The notes under the pieces were generated by a model, which ran no database searches, was not told the DNA's origin, and saw only the letters and a program-made list of their open reading frames with translations. DNA of 64,000 nucleotides from Octopus sinensis (lineage: Eukaryota), in the NCBI RefSeq assembly GCF_006345805.1, contig NC_043013.1, positions 18,290,001 to 18,354,000 of the forward strand, read 5' to 3'. The translations under genes and the position numbers were made by a program. Of this stretch, positions 38,321 through 50,959 are shown piece by piece (position 1 is the first letter of the stretch; the number at the start of each line of letters is the position of its first letter).

Positions 38321-38767
38321 TGCTTATATATGTAAATATTTACATATATATATACATATATATTAATTCAGTTAATACATCTATGTATGCAACAAATAAA
38401 CATAAGTTGAAGAGAAGACTTGGTACAGAATACAGAGGCAAATGCTTGCTTATTTTTAAATGGATGTGTATGTTAACTATATCTTATTTTAAACTGATTT
38501 ACTGTGATACCAATGTCATCAACTTTATTCCTATTTAAGTCTGGTGTGATAATGACATATCTTATTTTTCTAGGTAGTTGTCATTGATTGAGCATACATT
38601 TTTGTGAATTGCACCTGAATTTTGGGTAGTAAAATTATTGTTGTTCTCTTAATCATTATCATCATCATCATGAATGGATAATGTGTAAGCAAAGTTTATG
38701 TTGAATAGTTTATTTCAAATGTATTTGTGTTGACAATTTTCCTGTAATTACATCTTGGTGTAAACTC

Positions 38768-39170
38768 TTTTACTTGTTTCAGTCATTTGACTGCGGCCAT
38801 GCTGGAACATCGCCTTTAGTCGAGCAAATCGACCCCAGAACTTATTCTTTGTAAGCCCAGTACTTATTCTATCGGTCTCTTTTGCCGAACCGCTAAGTGA
38901 CGGGGACGTAAACACACCAGCATCGGTTGTCAGGCAATGCTAGGGGGACAAACACACACACAAACACACACACATACACACACACACATATATATATACA
39001 TATATACGACGGGCTTCTTTCAGTTTCCGTCTACCAAATCCACTCACAAGGCATTGGTCGGCCTGGGGCTATAGCAGAAGACACTTGTCCAAGATGCCAT
39101 GCAGTGGGACTGAACCCGGAACCATGTGGTTGGTTAGCAAGCTACTTACCACACAGCCACTCCTTTACTC
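38768..39170 (-). mobile_element. SINE family C, full length
   Basis: Minus head aggagtggctgtgtggtaagtagc...ggttccgggttcagtccc; tail tgactgaaacaagtaaaagag. Confidence 0.9.
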
Positions 39171-39275
39171 CTGTAAAGCTTGCAATTTTACAAAAGAGAG
39201 GAATTTTCCAATCTGGTGCTAACATTGACAGAGTATAGTTAATCAACATTGTAAAATAATATTATGTGTCATTAA

Positions 39276-39322
<47 letters not shown>

Positions 39323-40782
39323 CACCACCACTACCACCACCACCAAAACATTCCTTTTTTGAGAGATAAATGTTTCCATGGCTCAGTGGTTAGGACATTG
39401 ATATTCTAAACTAGAATATAGTATTTCAGCCCCTCCCACCCTCAGAGTTCTACAATGAAAATATGTCTTGATTTGAAGGTTGGTGCTCCAGCATGACCAT
39501 GACACCATGTGTAGAATTACTCCCCAAAAAACAAAAACAACAATAAACAAATAACCCAACATAACTCACCCAAATAAACAGCTAACATTCATTTCTAACC
39601 TATAGCTGTGTGGTTAAGAAGTTTGCTTTGCAGTTATGTCGTTCTGGGTTCAATCTCACTGTGATTCTGTCTTCTGCTTTGAGGATGACTAATACTTTGA
39701 AAGTGGAATTTGGTTGTCAGAAACTCTGCGTGTGTGTGTTTGTGTGTGTGTGTACCAGTGTGCTGAGCTGCATCCCTTTATGTCAAATGATAGCTTAAGC
39801 CATTTGATACAACAAAGATTGATAAATTAAGTCCTGAACTCTAATAGATTGTGTAAAACCCTTGAAAGCTGTTCTCCAGAATGGCCACAGTCTATCTATG
39901 ATGACTCAGTAACATCAGTTATATTCGTTGCTTGGTGTCTTCTTATGTAGTCAATGTAATATCCTCCAAAATTTGATTGGTGCTTTATTTTATCATCTTT
40001 GGATACATGAAAGCCAAAGTTAACCTTGTTGGAATTTGAACTTAGAACTTAACGAGTTTTAACTAAATACAGCAATAAGCAAACATTCTATTATGAAACT
40101 AAATAAGTGAAGTGCAAAAGAGGAGAAAAAGATGCTATTGTTGTCCCTCACCCTACTGCCATTTATCCCCACCCTCACCATTTATCTCCTCCACTGCCCT
40201 CCCATTCCCCAATACTTGCAGCAAATTAACTTAATCTCACTACCTGCTTTTAGTGTTGACTCAAATTACAGACTCTTTTTGCTCAAATATTTAAAAACCG
40301 TCTTAAATTACACTCGTTTTTGTCAGAATCATAAAAAGAACTGATAAAATATTTTCTAGTTGCATATTTTTAGTGCAAGGATCAGGTGTAAACAGACCAA
40401 GATTGAAATATTTTTATCAAGATCAGCTCCTGCAAATATGGCATTAAATATATTATATAGAAACTGTTTGATGTCTTCCTTAGACTGATGAATAATCTCA
40501 AGATAGAAATCACAATATATCTTGATGGTTTCAGAAGTTTACATAAGGCATACACTGTGTGTGTACAACACTGGAAAATGGTGTGGTGGTGTTTCATTTT
40601 ATAATCCTGAGAATGAAATTACTGAAGATAGCATTTTCCAGAAATTTGGCAGTGAAATGAAAAGGAAAGAATTGTTCTTGAAATGAAATAAAAGTGATAT
40701 AGACTTGCTGTAACAAAATGGTGTTTGTGAAATCTGATTTTTTAAAAAAATGCTTTTGATATATTTTATTCTTTTTCTCTTT

Positions 40783-40980
40783 CTCTTTTACTTGTTTCAG
40801 TCATTTGACGGTGGCCATGCTGGAGCACCGCCTTTAGTCGAGCAAATCAACCCCGGGACTTATTCTTTGTAAGCCTAGTACTTATTCTATCGGTCTCTTT
40901 TGCCGAACCGCTAAGTTACGGGGATGTAAACACACCAGCATCAGTTGTCAAGTGATGTTGGGGAGACAAACACAGACACA

Positions 40981-41056
<76 letters not shown>

Positions 41057-41210
41057 CATATATACGATGGGCTTCTTTCAGTTTCTGTCTACCAAATCCA
41101 CTCACAAGGCTTTGGTTGGCCCGAGGCTATTGTAGAAGACACTTGCCCAAGGTGTCACACAGTGGGACTGAACCCGGAACCATGTGGTTGATAAGCAAGC
41201 TACTTACCAC
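40783..41210 (-). mobile_element. SINE family C
   Basis: As above, with a long internal (CA)n. Confidence 0.9.
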
Positions 41211-41309
41211 AATTTTTTTTTAATAAATAACTGAAGTCTAAGAATTAGACGAAATATTGTCAAAGACATTTAACTGCTCTCCATCAATACATAAGCTCTA
41301 CAAAGCAGG

Positions 41310-41590
41310 GCTCACAATCATGAGGTAGTGAGTTTGATTCCTGAACTGGGTTGTGTTGTGTTCTTGAGCAAGACACTTTATTTCATGTTGCTCCAGTTCA
41401 CTCATCTGTAGAAATGAGTTGCAATGTCACTGGTGTCAAGCTGTATTGGCATTTGCCTTTCCGTTGGAGAGGAGTGGTTGGTATGCATGGATGACTGCTG
41501 GTCTTCCATAAATAACCTTGCCCAAACTTGTGCCTCAGAGGGGAACTTTTTAGGTGCAATCCCATGGTCATTCATTACCAAAGGGGGTCT
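41310..41590 (+). mobile_element. Older tRNA-headed SINE with CORE-like central block
   Basis: gagtttgattcc B-box-like, then ttcttgagcaagacacttt...ctcatctgtagaaatgag. Confidence 0.5.
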
Positions 41591-41671
41591 TAGTTCATTA
41601 CAACCATACTGCTGAATTATGAATTAATTCCACTGATATAAAAAAAAAAGAAGTTAATTATACTTTCAATG

Positions 41672-42030
41672 TTCATCATCATCATCATCATCATCATCGT
41701 TTTACGTCTGTTTTCCATGCTAGCATGGGTTGGACGGTTTGACCGGAGTCTGGTAAGCCATGAAGGCTGCACCAGGCTCCAGTCTGGTTTGGCAGTGTTT
41801 CTACAGCTGGATACCCTTCCTAACACCAACCACTCCGTGAGTGTAGTGGGTGTTTTTTACGTGCCACTGGCACAGGGCCAGAGGAGGCTGGCAAACAGCC
41901 ACGATCGGTTGGTGCTTTTACGTGTCACCGACATGGGCGCCAGTCAGGCAGTGCTGACATCTGCCACGTTTGGACGGTGCTTTTTACATGTCACCGGCAC
42001 AGGTGTCTTAACTACAATTTCCATTTGATT
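41672..42030 (-). mobile_element. 5'-truncated RTE 3'UTR copy
   Basis: Homology to 60721-61100. Confidence 0.85.
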
Positions 42031-42642
42031 TTTATTTTGATGTTGGTGTTGACGTACATATTAATACAAATCTCTCATACAACACACTGTTGACATTAAT
42101 GTTAATGATCTTGTCTACCACTCTCATAGGCCTTTATTGTGTGATTATAGTTAGGTATTTCTTCTATACACAAACAATTTCAAAATAAACTTCTTTCAGT
42201 TTCATTGTTTAGTCAAGTACTATTGAACATTATTTTACTTACATTTTATCGTGCTCATCTGTACTAGTTTCAGTAGTTTCACTTACTGGATCATAAAATG
42301 AAACATCGTGAAGGTACCCAATGCATTGCGTTTCTGAAGGCCTAAGCTAAAATACACGACAATTCATCATCAGAGAGTGAGTGTGAAAACAAGATTAAAA
42401 GTCTCTTAACATTCTTCCAGAAATCCTTTGTGTTATGGTTCCAAAACTGGATCACATATTGATATATTAAAACGCCTGATGCCAACTGTAGAACATTAGC
42501 AAGTAGAGTTATTACTGTTATTAATTGATAGATGTAATGTTGAACATCTGATCACTCACACAGACTATCAACATGATAATAAAATATATGAAATGCTGCC
42601 CTCATACATAAAGAGACAAAACTATTCTAGCTGCTACTTACA

Positions 42643-43475
42643 CAAACATACATACATACATACATACATACGTACATACATACATGCATACATACATACA
42701 TACATACATAAATACATACATACATACATACATACATACATACATACATACATACATACATACATACATACATGCATGCATACATACATACATACATACA
42801 TACATACATGCATGCATACATATACATATATACATACATGCATGCATGCATACATACATACATACATACATACATACATACATTCATGCATGCATGCATG
42901 CATGCATACATACATACATACATACATACATACATACATACATACATACATACATACATACATGCATGCATACATCCATACATACATACATACATACATA
43001 CATACATACATACACACATACAAACAAACATACATACAAACATACAAACATACATACATACATACACACACATAGATACATACATACATACACACACAAA
43101 CATACATACATACATACATACATACATGCATACATGCATACATACATGCATACATACATACACACACACATACATACATACATACACACACATACATACA
43201 TACACACATACAAACAAACATACATACATACATACATGCATACATACATACATACATACATACATGCATGCATGCATGCATGCATGCATACATACATACA
43301 TGCATACATACATACATACATACATGCGTGCATACATATACATACATGCATGCATACATATACATACATACATACATGCATACATACATACATACATACA
43401 TACATGCATACATACATACATGCATACATACAGACATACATACATACATAAATACATGCATACATATATGCACAT
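42643..43475. repeat. ~830-bp (CATA)n array with CATG/CACA variants
   Basis: Direct reading; source of the 235-282 aa ORFs. Confidence 0.95.
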
Positions 43476-45263
43476 ATAAATAGTCTCAAGTCAGAAATCA
43501 AATTACAACTTACTGCACATATCAGTTTATGTAATGGACAGATTACACAACATTGTGAAACGCTGCTGTCATATAATGTTTCAGAATCATGAGTACACAA
43601 AAGACATAAACACATAGAAAACTAGATTAACAAACAAATATTAAAGCCAATTAAATGTATGGCATACTTTGAAGTCAATAGTTTGAGTTTATGAGGGCGT
43701 AAGCAAGAATGAGATAGAGAAAGAAGTTAGACAAGTTAGAACAAATCTATTCGAGTTTGTGTATACTATAAATAGCTATATATTACAGTTCTTTTTGTCA
43801 AAATAGGAGTGATCAATCCAAAAATTGATTTTATGTTCTAAGTACCATGTTACTACTGTGTTAGCTGTAGGTTGTGGGTCCAACCAGTTTGCAGTTTGAA
43901 ATCTGCTGAATTATACTGTAAGACATAATGAGAAAATTTCTTTCTTCCTATTCAAGAAATAGCTGTGTAGAGTCAAGATCTTGAGCTGTACACAAATAAA
44001 AGTAGCTCCCCTGACTTGTATTTCTTCACTTTAACACCAGTACTCCATTTTATCGTGTTATTTTTTTCAGCCTTTTAAAAACCAAATGTAATTTGCAAAA
44101 GATGTCTTATTTTTGAATCTAAGTGAATGGGTGTGCTGTGTGAATCTAAACTTGAAGGTGTTTTTAGTCAACTCAATGTCCATTTTTTATTGTATGTCAG
44201 CCAATTTTAAATTTTTTCTATATAGCATTTTTTTGGCAGGCATCTTCTTTTTGAAAGGTGCTTAATCTTGTTTGAGTTTTTATAGTGTTTATAGATTTCC
44301 AGAACTCTATAAACAGCTGTCAACTCAAATGTTTCTATTGCATAAATCAATCTCTATTTCATTTGTTTTATTTTTCTTATTAGGAACTCTCTTGTAGTAA
44401 ATTAGGAATAATGGTTAAACTAAAGCATATCCTATTTAAAGCTGACTTAATATACTTTAATATATATATACATATAATTTAATTAGTTCTGAAATGTTGA
44501 CTATTACATTTATTATAGACTCCTCAGACATAGAAGTATGAATAAGAAATTCTATTTGCAACAATATGGGTTTTGGGTTCAATTCCATTGTGTGGCAGCT
44601 TGAGTGAATGTCTTCTGTCATGGTCTCAAATTGGAGTTTTTTGAATGAACTTAGGTAGATGGAAAAGGTACTGGATTCATGTCAAAAGATCACTCCTGGG
44701 AGTCTTAATTTTGTCACCTTGTCCCTTGGATGCTTCCCTTCCCTACCAGTCATAGCATCCCCGAAAAGAGACATGATACTATCCTTTCTTATTTGATTAT
44801 GATATTAAAGAAACGTAGATCCTACAGTTCTTGTCATAAATTACTTAATATTTGTTATATATTCTGCTGTTGAAAGAAAATATCATATTACTAAATTATT
44901 TTTTTAATGATGATAATGAGGCACAAATGGATTCAAAGATGAAGATTTTGGTGCTTATAGATATATTACAAATCAAAATGCTTAGTGGCATTTCGTTCAT
45001 CTTCATGTTCTGAGTTCAAATTCCGCTGAAGCCGACTTTGACTTTCAGCCTTTCGGGGTCGATAAAATAAGTACCAGTTGAGCATTGGAGTTGATGCAAT
45101 TGACGTATTCCCTTCCCTGAACTTGCTGAACTTGTGCCAAAATTTGAAATCAATAAATATTAGAAATAAGTAAATAAATATGAGAGAATAAAATCAAAGT
45201 CAATGGAATATAAAGAATGAAATAGAACCAAAATATTAATACAACCTCTACCCTAATTTATTA

Positions 45264-45422
45264 CATTGTTTACATTATTTACATTTCATGGATATTTGTC
45301 CTCATCTTGTTTGTCGTTAAAACAACATTTCGGCTGATATACCCTCCAGCCTTCACCAGGTGTCTTGGGGAAATTTTGAACCTGGGTTCTCATTCCTAAG
45401 GTATATTTCGATGTTATTATTA

Positions 45423-45480
<58 letters not shown>

Positions 45481-45593
45481 CATTATTATTATGATTATTA
45501 TTATTATTATTGTTCGGGCATATGGCGTAGTGGTTAAGAGCAATGGCTACTAACCCCAAGATTCTGAGTTCGATTCCAAGTAGTGACCTGAAC

Positions 45594-45636
<43 letters not shown>

Positions 45637-45813
45637 TCGAAAAATAACTTAGGAATGAGAACCCAGGTTCAAAATTTCCCTAAGACACCCAAAGAAGGCT
45701 GGAGGGTATATCAGCCAAAATGTTGTGTTAATAACAAACAAGATGAGGACAAATATCCGTCGAATGTAAATAATGTACATAATTCCTCATCTCTTAAATA
45801 TATAACTGTATTA
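45264..45813 (+). mobile_element. Composite element: inverted tail + tRNA-like head + tail, tails carrying HHR-like motifs
   Basis: A box tggcgtagtgg 45523-45533, B box gagttcgattcc 45566-45577; inverted arms ~45270-45520 and ~45585-45779; 12-bp TSD cctaatttatta at 45252-45263 and 45814-45825. Confidence 0.8.
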
Positions 45814-45972
45814 CCTAATTTATTAACCATCCCTTACCCTAATTCACATAGAGGAAGGGAATAAAGGAATAAGGAGATGAAGAGAGAGAAGAAAAAAGAA
45901 GCATAAAAGTTCATAGTTCAACTTTCCAATGTCACTATTTCATTATATATACCCATCTCATTTTCCCTATTT

Positions 45973-46028
45973 GTCTCTGATGACGAAATATCCCATACTT
46001 GGGGATTTCTCAGAAAGAGCTGTAAGAC
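45973..46028 (+). ncRNA. Degenerate type-I HHR-like motif (family of 4850-4925)
   Basis: gtct-CTGATGA-...-GAAAg-agct-GTA-agac; helix I perfect, base of helix II and position 15.2 mismatched. Confidence 0.5.
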
Positions 46029-46286
46029 TTTGAATTTTTTCCAATAATGATATAACGATAATATATAAGACTTGAGATGTTTGCCTTACCTTAACATTTG
46101 TTGTCCTCTTTAATAATTATATATATATATAAATTAGACAAAAAAAAACCACCTTTTATCAATTCAATAATGAAAAATTAAATTATACCATTTAGAAAAA
46201 TTACATCTTATAGAAAGATTAAATATAAGATAAAACATATAACAATGATTAAGTAATGTGCAAAGTAATAAATAAATACTTCCTCA

Positions 46287-46317
<31 letters not shown>

Positions 46318-46464
46318 TGGGAAGGGGCTGGTGACACAATCTTTTCATTCACACATTGAGTTTGGTGATACTAGTTGCGGATTCTAGCTCGCTCTGATAC
46401 TGAGTTGAGTTGGTGCCTTCTAGTATCTCAAAATTCAATATATAATCATTTATGATTATAGTAT

Positions 46465-46564
46465 TCTACGCTGAAGAGAAAAGAAGTTTTGGTGCGATAG
46501 AATTATTTAATATTTAATTCTTATGCTTTCCTAAAAACTTGATTTCGAAACGTACGTACGTAGA
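46465..46564 (+). ncRNA. Type-I hammerhead ribozyme candidate with intact core
   Basis: tctacg-CTGAAGA-gaaa..long helix II..tttc-GAA-ACGTACGT-A|cgtaga; 6-bp helix I; predicted GUA cleavage between 46558 and 46559. Confidence 0.75.
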
Positions 46565-46750
46565 TAACTTAAAATTGTATGATAGATTGCCGTCAATTCA
46601 TTCTCTCTTACCTGTTTGTGTCTGCCTTCCAATTGCTGTTTTTACTGAGATCTCCCTTTTTAGTAGAAGAAATAGCTATAACTCTTTGACTGCTATTTCT
46701 AAATTCGGTATGTGGTAAGGCAATTCGTTGCTAAACCCTTTATAGCTTAG

Positions 46751-46785
<35 letters not shown>

Positions 46786-46877
46786 CACATCCTGGTTTTA
46801 TGCTGATAAGGTGACACTCTTCATATAAAGAAAATATCCTGGTTTCTCTTTCTTATTGTTAGACCTAGTCTGGGGTT

Positions 46878-47238
46878 GTGGAGGTGCAATGGTCCAGTGG
46901 TTAGGGCAGCGGACTCGTGGTCATAGGATCGCGGTTTCGACTCCTAGACCGGGCGTTGTGAGTGTTTATTGAGCGAAAACACCTAAAAGCTCCACGAGGC
47001 TGTACTCTTTCACCACAACTTTCTCTCACTCTTACTTCCTGTTTCTGTTGTACCTGTATTTCAAGGGGCCGGCCTTGTCACTCTCTGTGTCACGCTGAAT
47101 ATCCCCGAGAACTACGTTAAGGGTGCACGTGTCTGTGGAGTGCTCAGCCACTTACACGTTAATTTCACGAGCAGGCTGTTCCGTTGATTCGGATCAACCG
47201 GAATCCTCATCGTCGTAACCGATGGAGTGCTTCCATCC
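46878..47238 (+). mobile_element. SINE family A, tail type 2, with small internal deletion
   Basis: 11-bp TSD agtctggggtt at 46867-46877 and 47239-47249. Confidence 0.9.
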
Positions 47239-47769
47239 AGTCTGGGGTTAGAAAAAGATGATGGTTTTTATGTCCTTCCAAGATGTCAAACTGACTTGTG
47301 ATAGTCACGAATATGACTAGGCAAGAAAGCACACACAAACATAATACATATATTTATGCCTATACATAAGTGTGTCTGTGTAATTTAATATATTTTTATG
47401 TATTTGTTTTGCAAGATTCTTGTCATGAAAATGTGTGTTGAAACAGATATTCTTATACTGCAATATATATTTGATCTTCACTTTAGTTTTATGAGTATCA
47501 CTTTCTGTCTTTTTTTATTTGTCCATCAAAGGTCTTTCATCACACATTCTGTGATCTCTTCATAGACTCTCTGTCCCACGTGTCTCCTCTTGCCCTGCCT
47601 ATTCCATTTTGTCCTGGACGAAAGAACTTTGACAGACAAATAAACTAAAAAGAAAAAAAAATAATTAATAAAACTAAAGTGAAGATCTAATAAATAATGC
47701 TTGTGTTTAACTGGCAACAGATGATGATCTCCAAGCATATCAGTAATTTTATAAATACATATACATACA

Positions 47770-47806
<37 letters not shown>

Positions 47807-47927
47807 ATGCAAAATAGGACAAGAACGCAAAACATCCGGACAACTAGGTGATACAAAAAGGGACAACAAAACATCCAGATAGACGATACGAAAAAACACT
47901 TAGATACACACACACACACACACTTAG

Positions 47928-48000
<73 letters not shown>

Positions 48001-48804
48001 ACACACACACACACACGCCTCACACACACACACGACAGGTTTCTTTCTGTTTCCATTTACCAAATCCACTCACATGGCTTTGGTTGACCTGAAGCTATAG
48101 TAGAAAACACTTGCCTAAGGTGCCATGCAGTAGGATTGAATCCGGAACCATGTGGTTGGGAAGCAAGCTTCTTACCACACAGCCATGCCTGTAAATATGT
48201 GTATATCTAGATGTGCAACAGTATGTATGAGTGTACATACATAAAACAAAATATACCAATCTGCACATGCACTGACTCCCAGTGCATGGACATATGCACC
48301 ACAACCAATAAAGGAGCCTTGGATTTAGATTAGAAACTAACTCATTCTCTAGTGGCAAAAAATCTAGAGATAAAACTAAAAAGATAACATACATTTGTAG
48401 ATACTGACATGAAGTGCAACCTTTCTTAGATTCATGACTGCTGCATCACACCATACATTGAAGGTTATACATTTGTAATCCATGAGCAAGAGCATGCTAC
48501 TAAACACTTAAAAAAACAAATGACATACTGACATCATTGGAGCCTTAAGATGCAACCAAGTACATCACATTTCTGTGGAAGACAACACACCTGTAATCAG
48601 CAGCTCTCGAAAAATGCCATCAAGGTACTACCTCTCAATTTGACATGACAGTATCACTAAAACAATATATGATCCTATCCAACAAAATACTATCTTGAGA
48701 TAAATATAGAGAATCGCCCCTGTTATTGAATACATAGGCATTAATATATGAAATATTGGTGGAACATTCCTGTCAAAACCTCTATCAAGAGTAAGCATAA
48801 CAGG

Positions 48805-49036
48805 TTGGCAAGCTGGCAGAAACCTTAGCACGCTGTGCGAAATGCTTAGCGGTATTTTGTCTGCCGCTACATTCTGAGTTCAAATTCCGCCGAGGTCGAC
48901 TTTGCCTTTCGTCCTTCCGGGATCGATAAAATAAGTACCAGTTACACACTGGGGTCAATATAATCGACTTAATCCCTTTGTCTGTCCTTGTTTGTCCTCT
49001 CTGTGTTTAGCTCCTTGTGGGTAGTAAAGAAATAGG
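48805..49036 (+). mobile_element. SINE family B
   Basis: Head, core and gtaaagaaatagg tail. Confidence 0.85.
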
Positions 49037-49496
49037 TTGCATATTGTTGTTTAGAACGGACAAGAAAAGGTATGTACTGTCATAGAGGTTAGCTGCCTTC
49101 TTAATGTGAATGTTTTTTAGAAAATCAAACAGAAAGAGGACAACTGCTTTGAAACTTCCAGCTTGTAGATCAAGATCATAAATTCACATTTATATCAATC
49201 CCAGTTGGTACACTAGCTTTTGTTAGTAACTATCTAAATGACAATCTGAACAAAATAGTTTTCAGAAAAAAAATCAGTCAACTTACACCCATATTACAAA
49301 TACTGTCTGTAAGTGGAATAGTAAAAATATGCAGGATATTTCTTAAGTTCAACATGTGACATTGTTATCTTACATTGCAACAGTAGAACTATGTATCTTT
49401 GATAGAAATCAGCTACTTCCTTTCAGGAAGACTTCAAATAATTAAGAGTTCAAGAGTACGTACATACAAGCACACACACACACACACACACACACA

Positions 49497-49881
49497 ATGG
49501 AAGCACTCCGTTGGTTACGACGATGAGGGTTCTGGTTGATCCGACTCAACGGAACAGCCTGCTCGTGAAATTAATGTGTAAGTGGCTGAGCACTCCACAG
49601 ACACGTGCACCTTTAACGTAGTTCTCGGGGATATTCAGCGTGACACAGAGAGTGACAAGGCCGGCCCCTTGAAATACAGGTACAACAGAAACAGGAGGTA
49701 AGAGTGAGAGAAAGTTGTGGTGAAAGAGTACAGCAGGGATCACCACCATCCCTGCCGGAGCCTTGTGGAGCTTTTAGGTGTTTTCGCTCAATAAACACTC
49801 GAAACGCCCGGTCTGGGAATCGAAACCGCGATCCTATGATCACGAGTCCGCTGCCCTAACCACTGGGCCATTGCGCCTCCA
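49497..49881 (-). mobile_element. SINE family A, tail type 2
   Basis: Inverse homologue of 16126-16510. Confidence 0.9.
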
Positions 49882-50001
49882 CACACACACACAATACATA
49901 CATAAAAAATATAAACCAAATATAATTGATGTATACCCACAAAATCAATGGATTTGTTGTGACTTATTAATTTCTTTGTATTTACCCAGTTATATTTTTA
50001 C

Positions 50002-50104
50002 AAAAACTATTTCTCTTCTGGCCAAAGAATTCTTATTATTGGTTCCAGACAATTCTGGCATAGTGTCTGTCTCAAATCCATTTGCCATTAAATCTATAAG
50101 CATT
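50002..50104 (-). CDS. Weak candidate internal exon (MLIDLMANGFETDTMPELSGTNNKNSLARREIVF)
   Basis: Good acceptor atcattgcatctgtttacag, open frame, weak donor TTT|gtaaaa. Confidence 0.2.
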
Positions 50105-50284
50105 CTGTAAACAGATGCAATGATATTAATGGTGAAATATGAAGAGGAAAAAATACTCAATGTTTTGTAGGCCAAAGTTATTATTATATGAAATGAAGTG
50201 CAAGTTGAATCCATTTGCTGTGGAATAGTTTATGAAACTTATATTTGCATACATTTATATGCGTTTATTATGTTATATAATGTA

Positions 50285-50610
50285 CTAGCAATGCATCCTG
50301 GCGTTGCCAGGGTGTTATGACCTACAGCCACATTGTATTATTTGTTCCTTTCTTATGGGCAGAATCGGCACACGAGGAGTGTGAAGCAAACAAACTCTTC
50401 TTATTAAACATGTTTTTCAGTCATTTTCCCCTCAAGGAAAATAAATTTCTCTAAAAACTCACATGTACTACTTTTTTTCAGTTCATGTGAAGGAGGTGGT
50501 ATCCAAAAATGGGTGTAAATAGCTTTTTTATTCCTGGACAACCAGACCCCCAGAAACAGCCACAGGATTATTAACTGGATTAGTAAAACCCAAACTTTTA
50601 ATTTTATAGA
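50285..50610 (-). mobile_element. Non-autonomous Helitron (second family)
   Basis: Minus TCTATAAAATT start; ctggcaacgccaggatgcattgCTAG end with hairpin. Confidence 0.7.
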
Positions 50611-50959
50611 TTCTTAACTCTTTTTATGACTTTGTTTTGTAATCTCTAAGTTGACCTGTAAACGTATTTATTTTTTCAATATATTTTTAATGTATATGTC
50701 CATATATTTATGCGTTTTTATATGTATATTTTTATTGTATTGAACATACTTTTGGAGAAATTCATGCATGTTGGGTCCATGACTTAATAAATATAAATGT
50801 GTATGTGACTTGGATTTGCCTAAATTTGTTTCTCACTTCTACATTATTCTAACACCTCAGGTTTGAATATCTGGGGCACTTCAAAGTGAAGTCTATGCAT
50901 ATCTTTTTCCTTATAATCATATACATATATATTCTATTTCTTTTATTCATTTCTCGATT

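Noticed and set aside
42593-43615. Long ORFs of 160-282 aa
   Set aside because: Translations of (CATA)n/(TATG)n; the same applies to ORFs at 5.9-7.4, 12.9-13.3, 14.8-15.3, 19.3-19.9 and 47.7-48.1 kb.
45516-45590. Genuine tRNA gene
   Set aside because: A and B boxes are present, but the acceptor stem does not pair and it sits in a TSD-flanked repeat; the same holds for SINE A and C heads.
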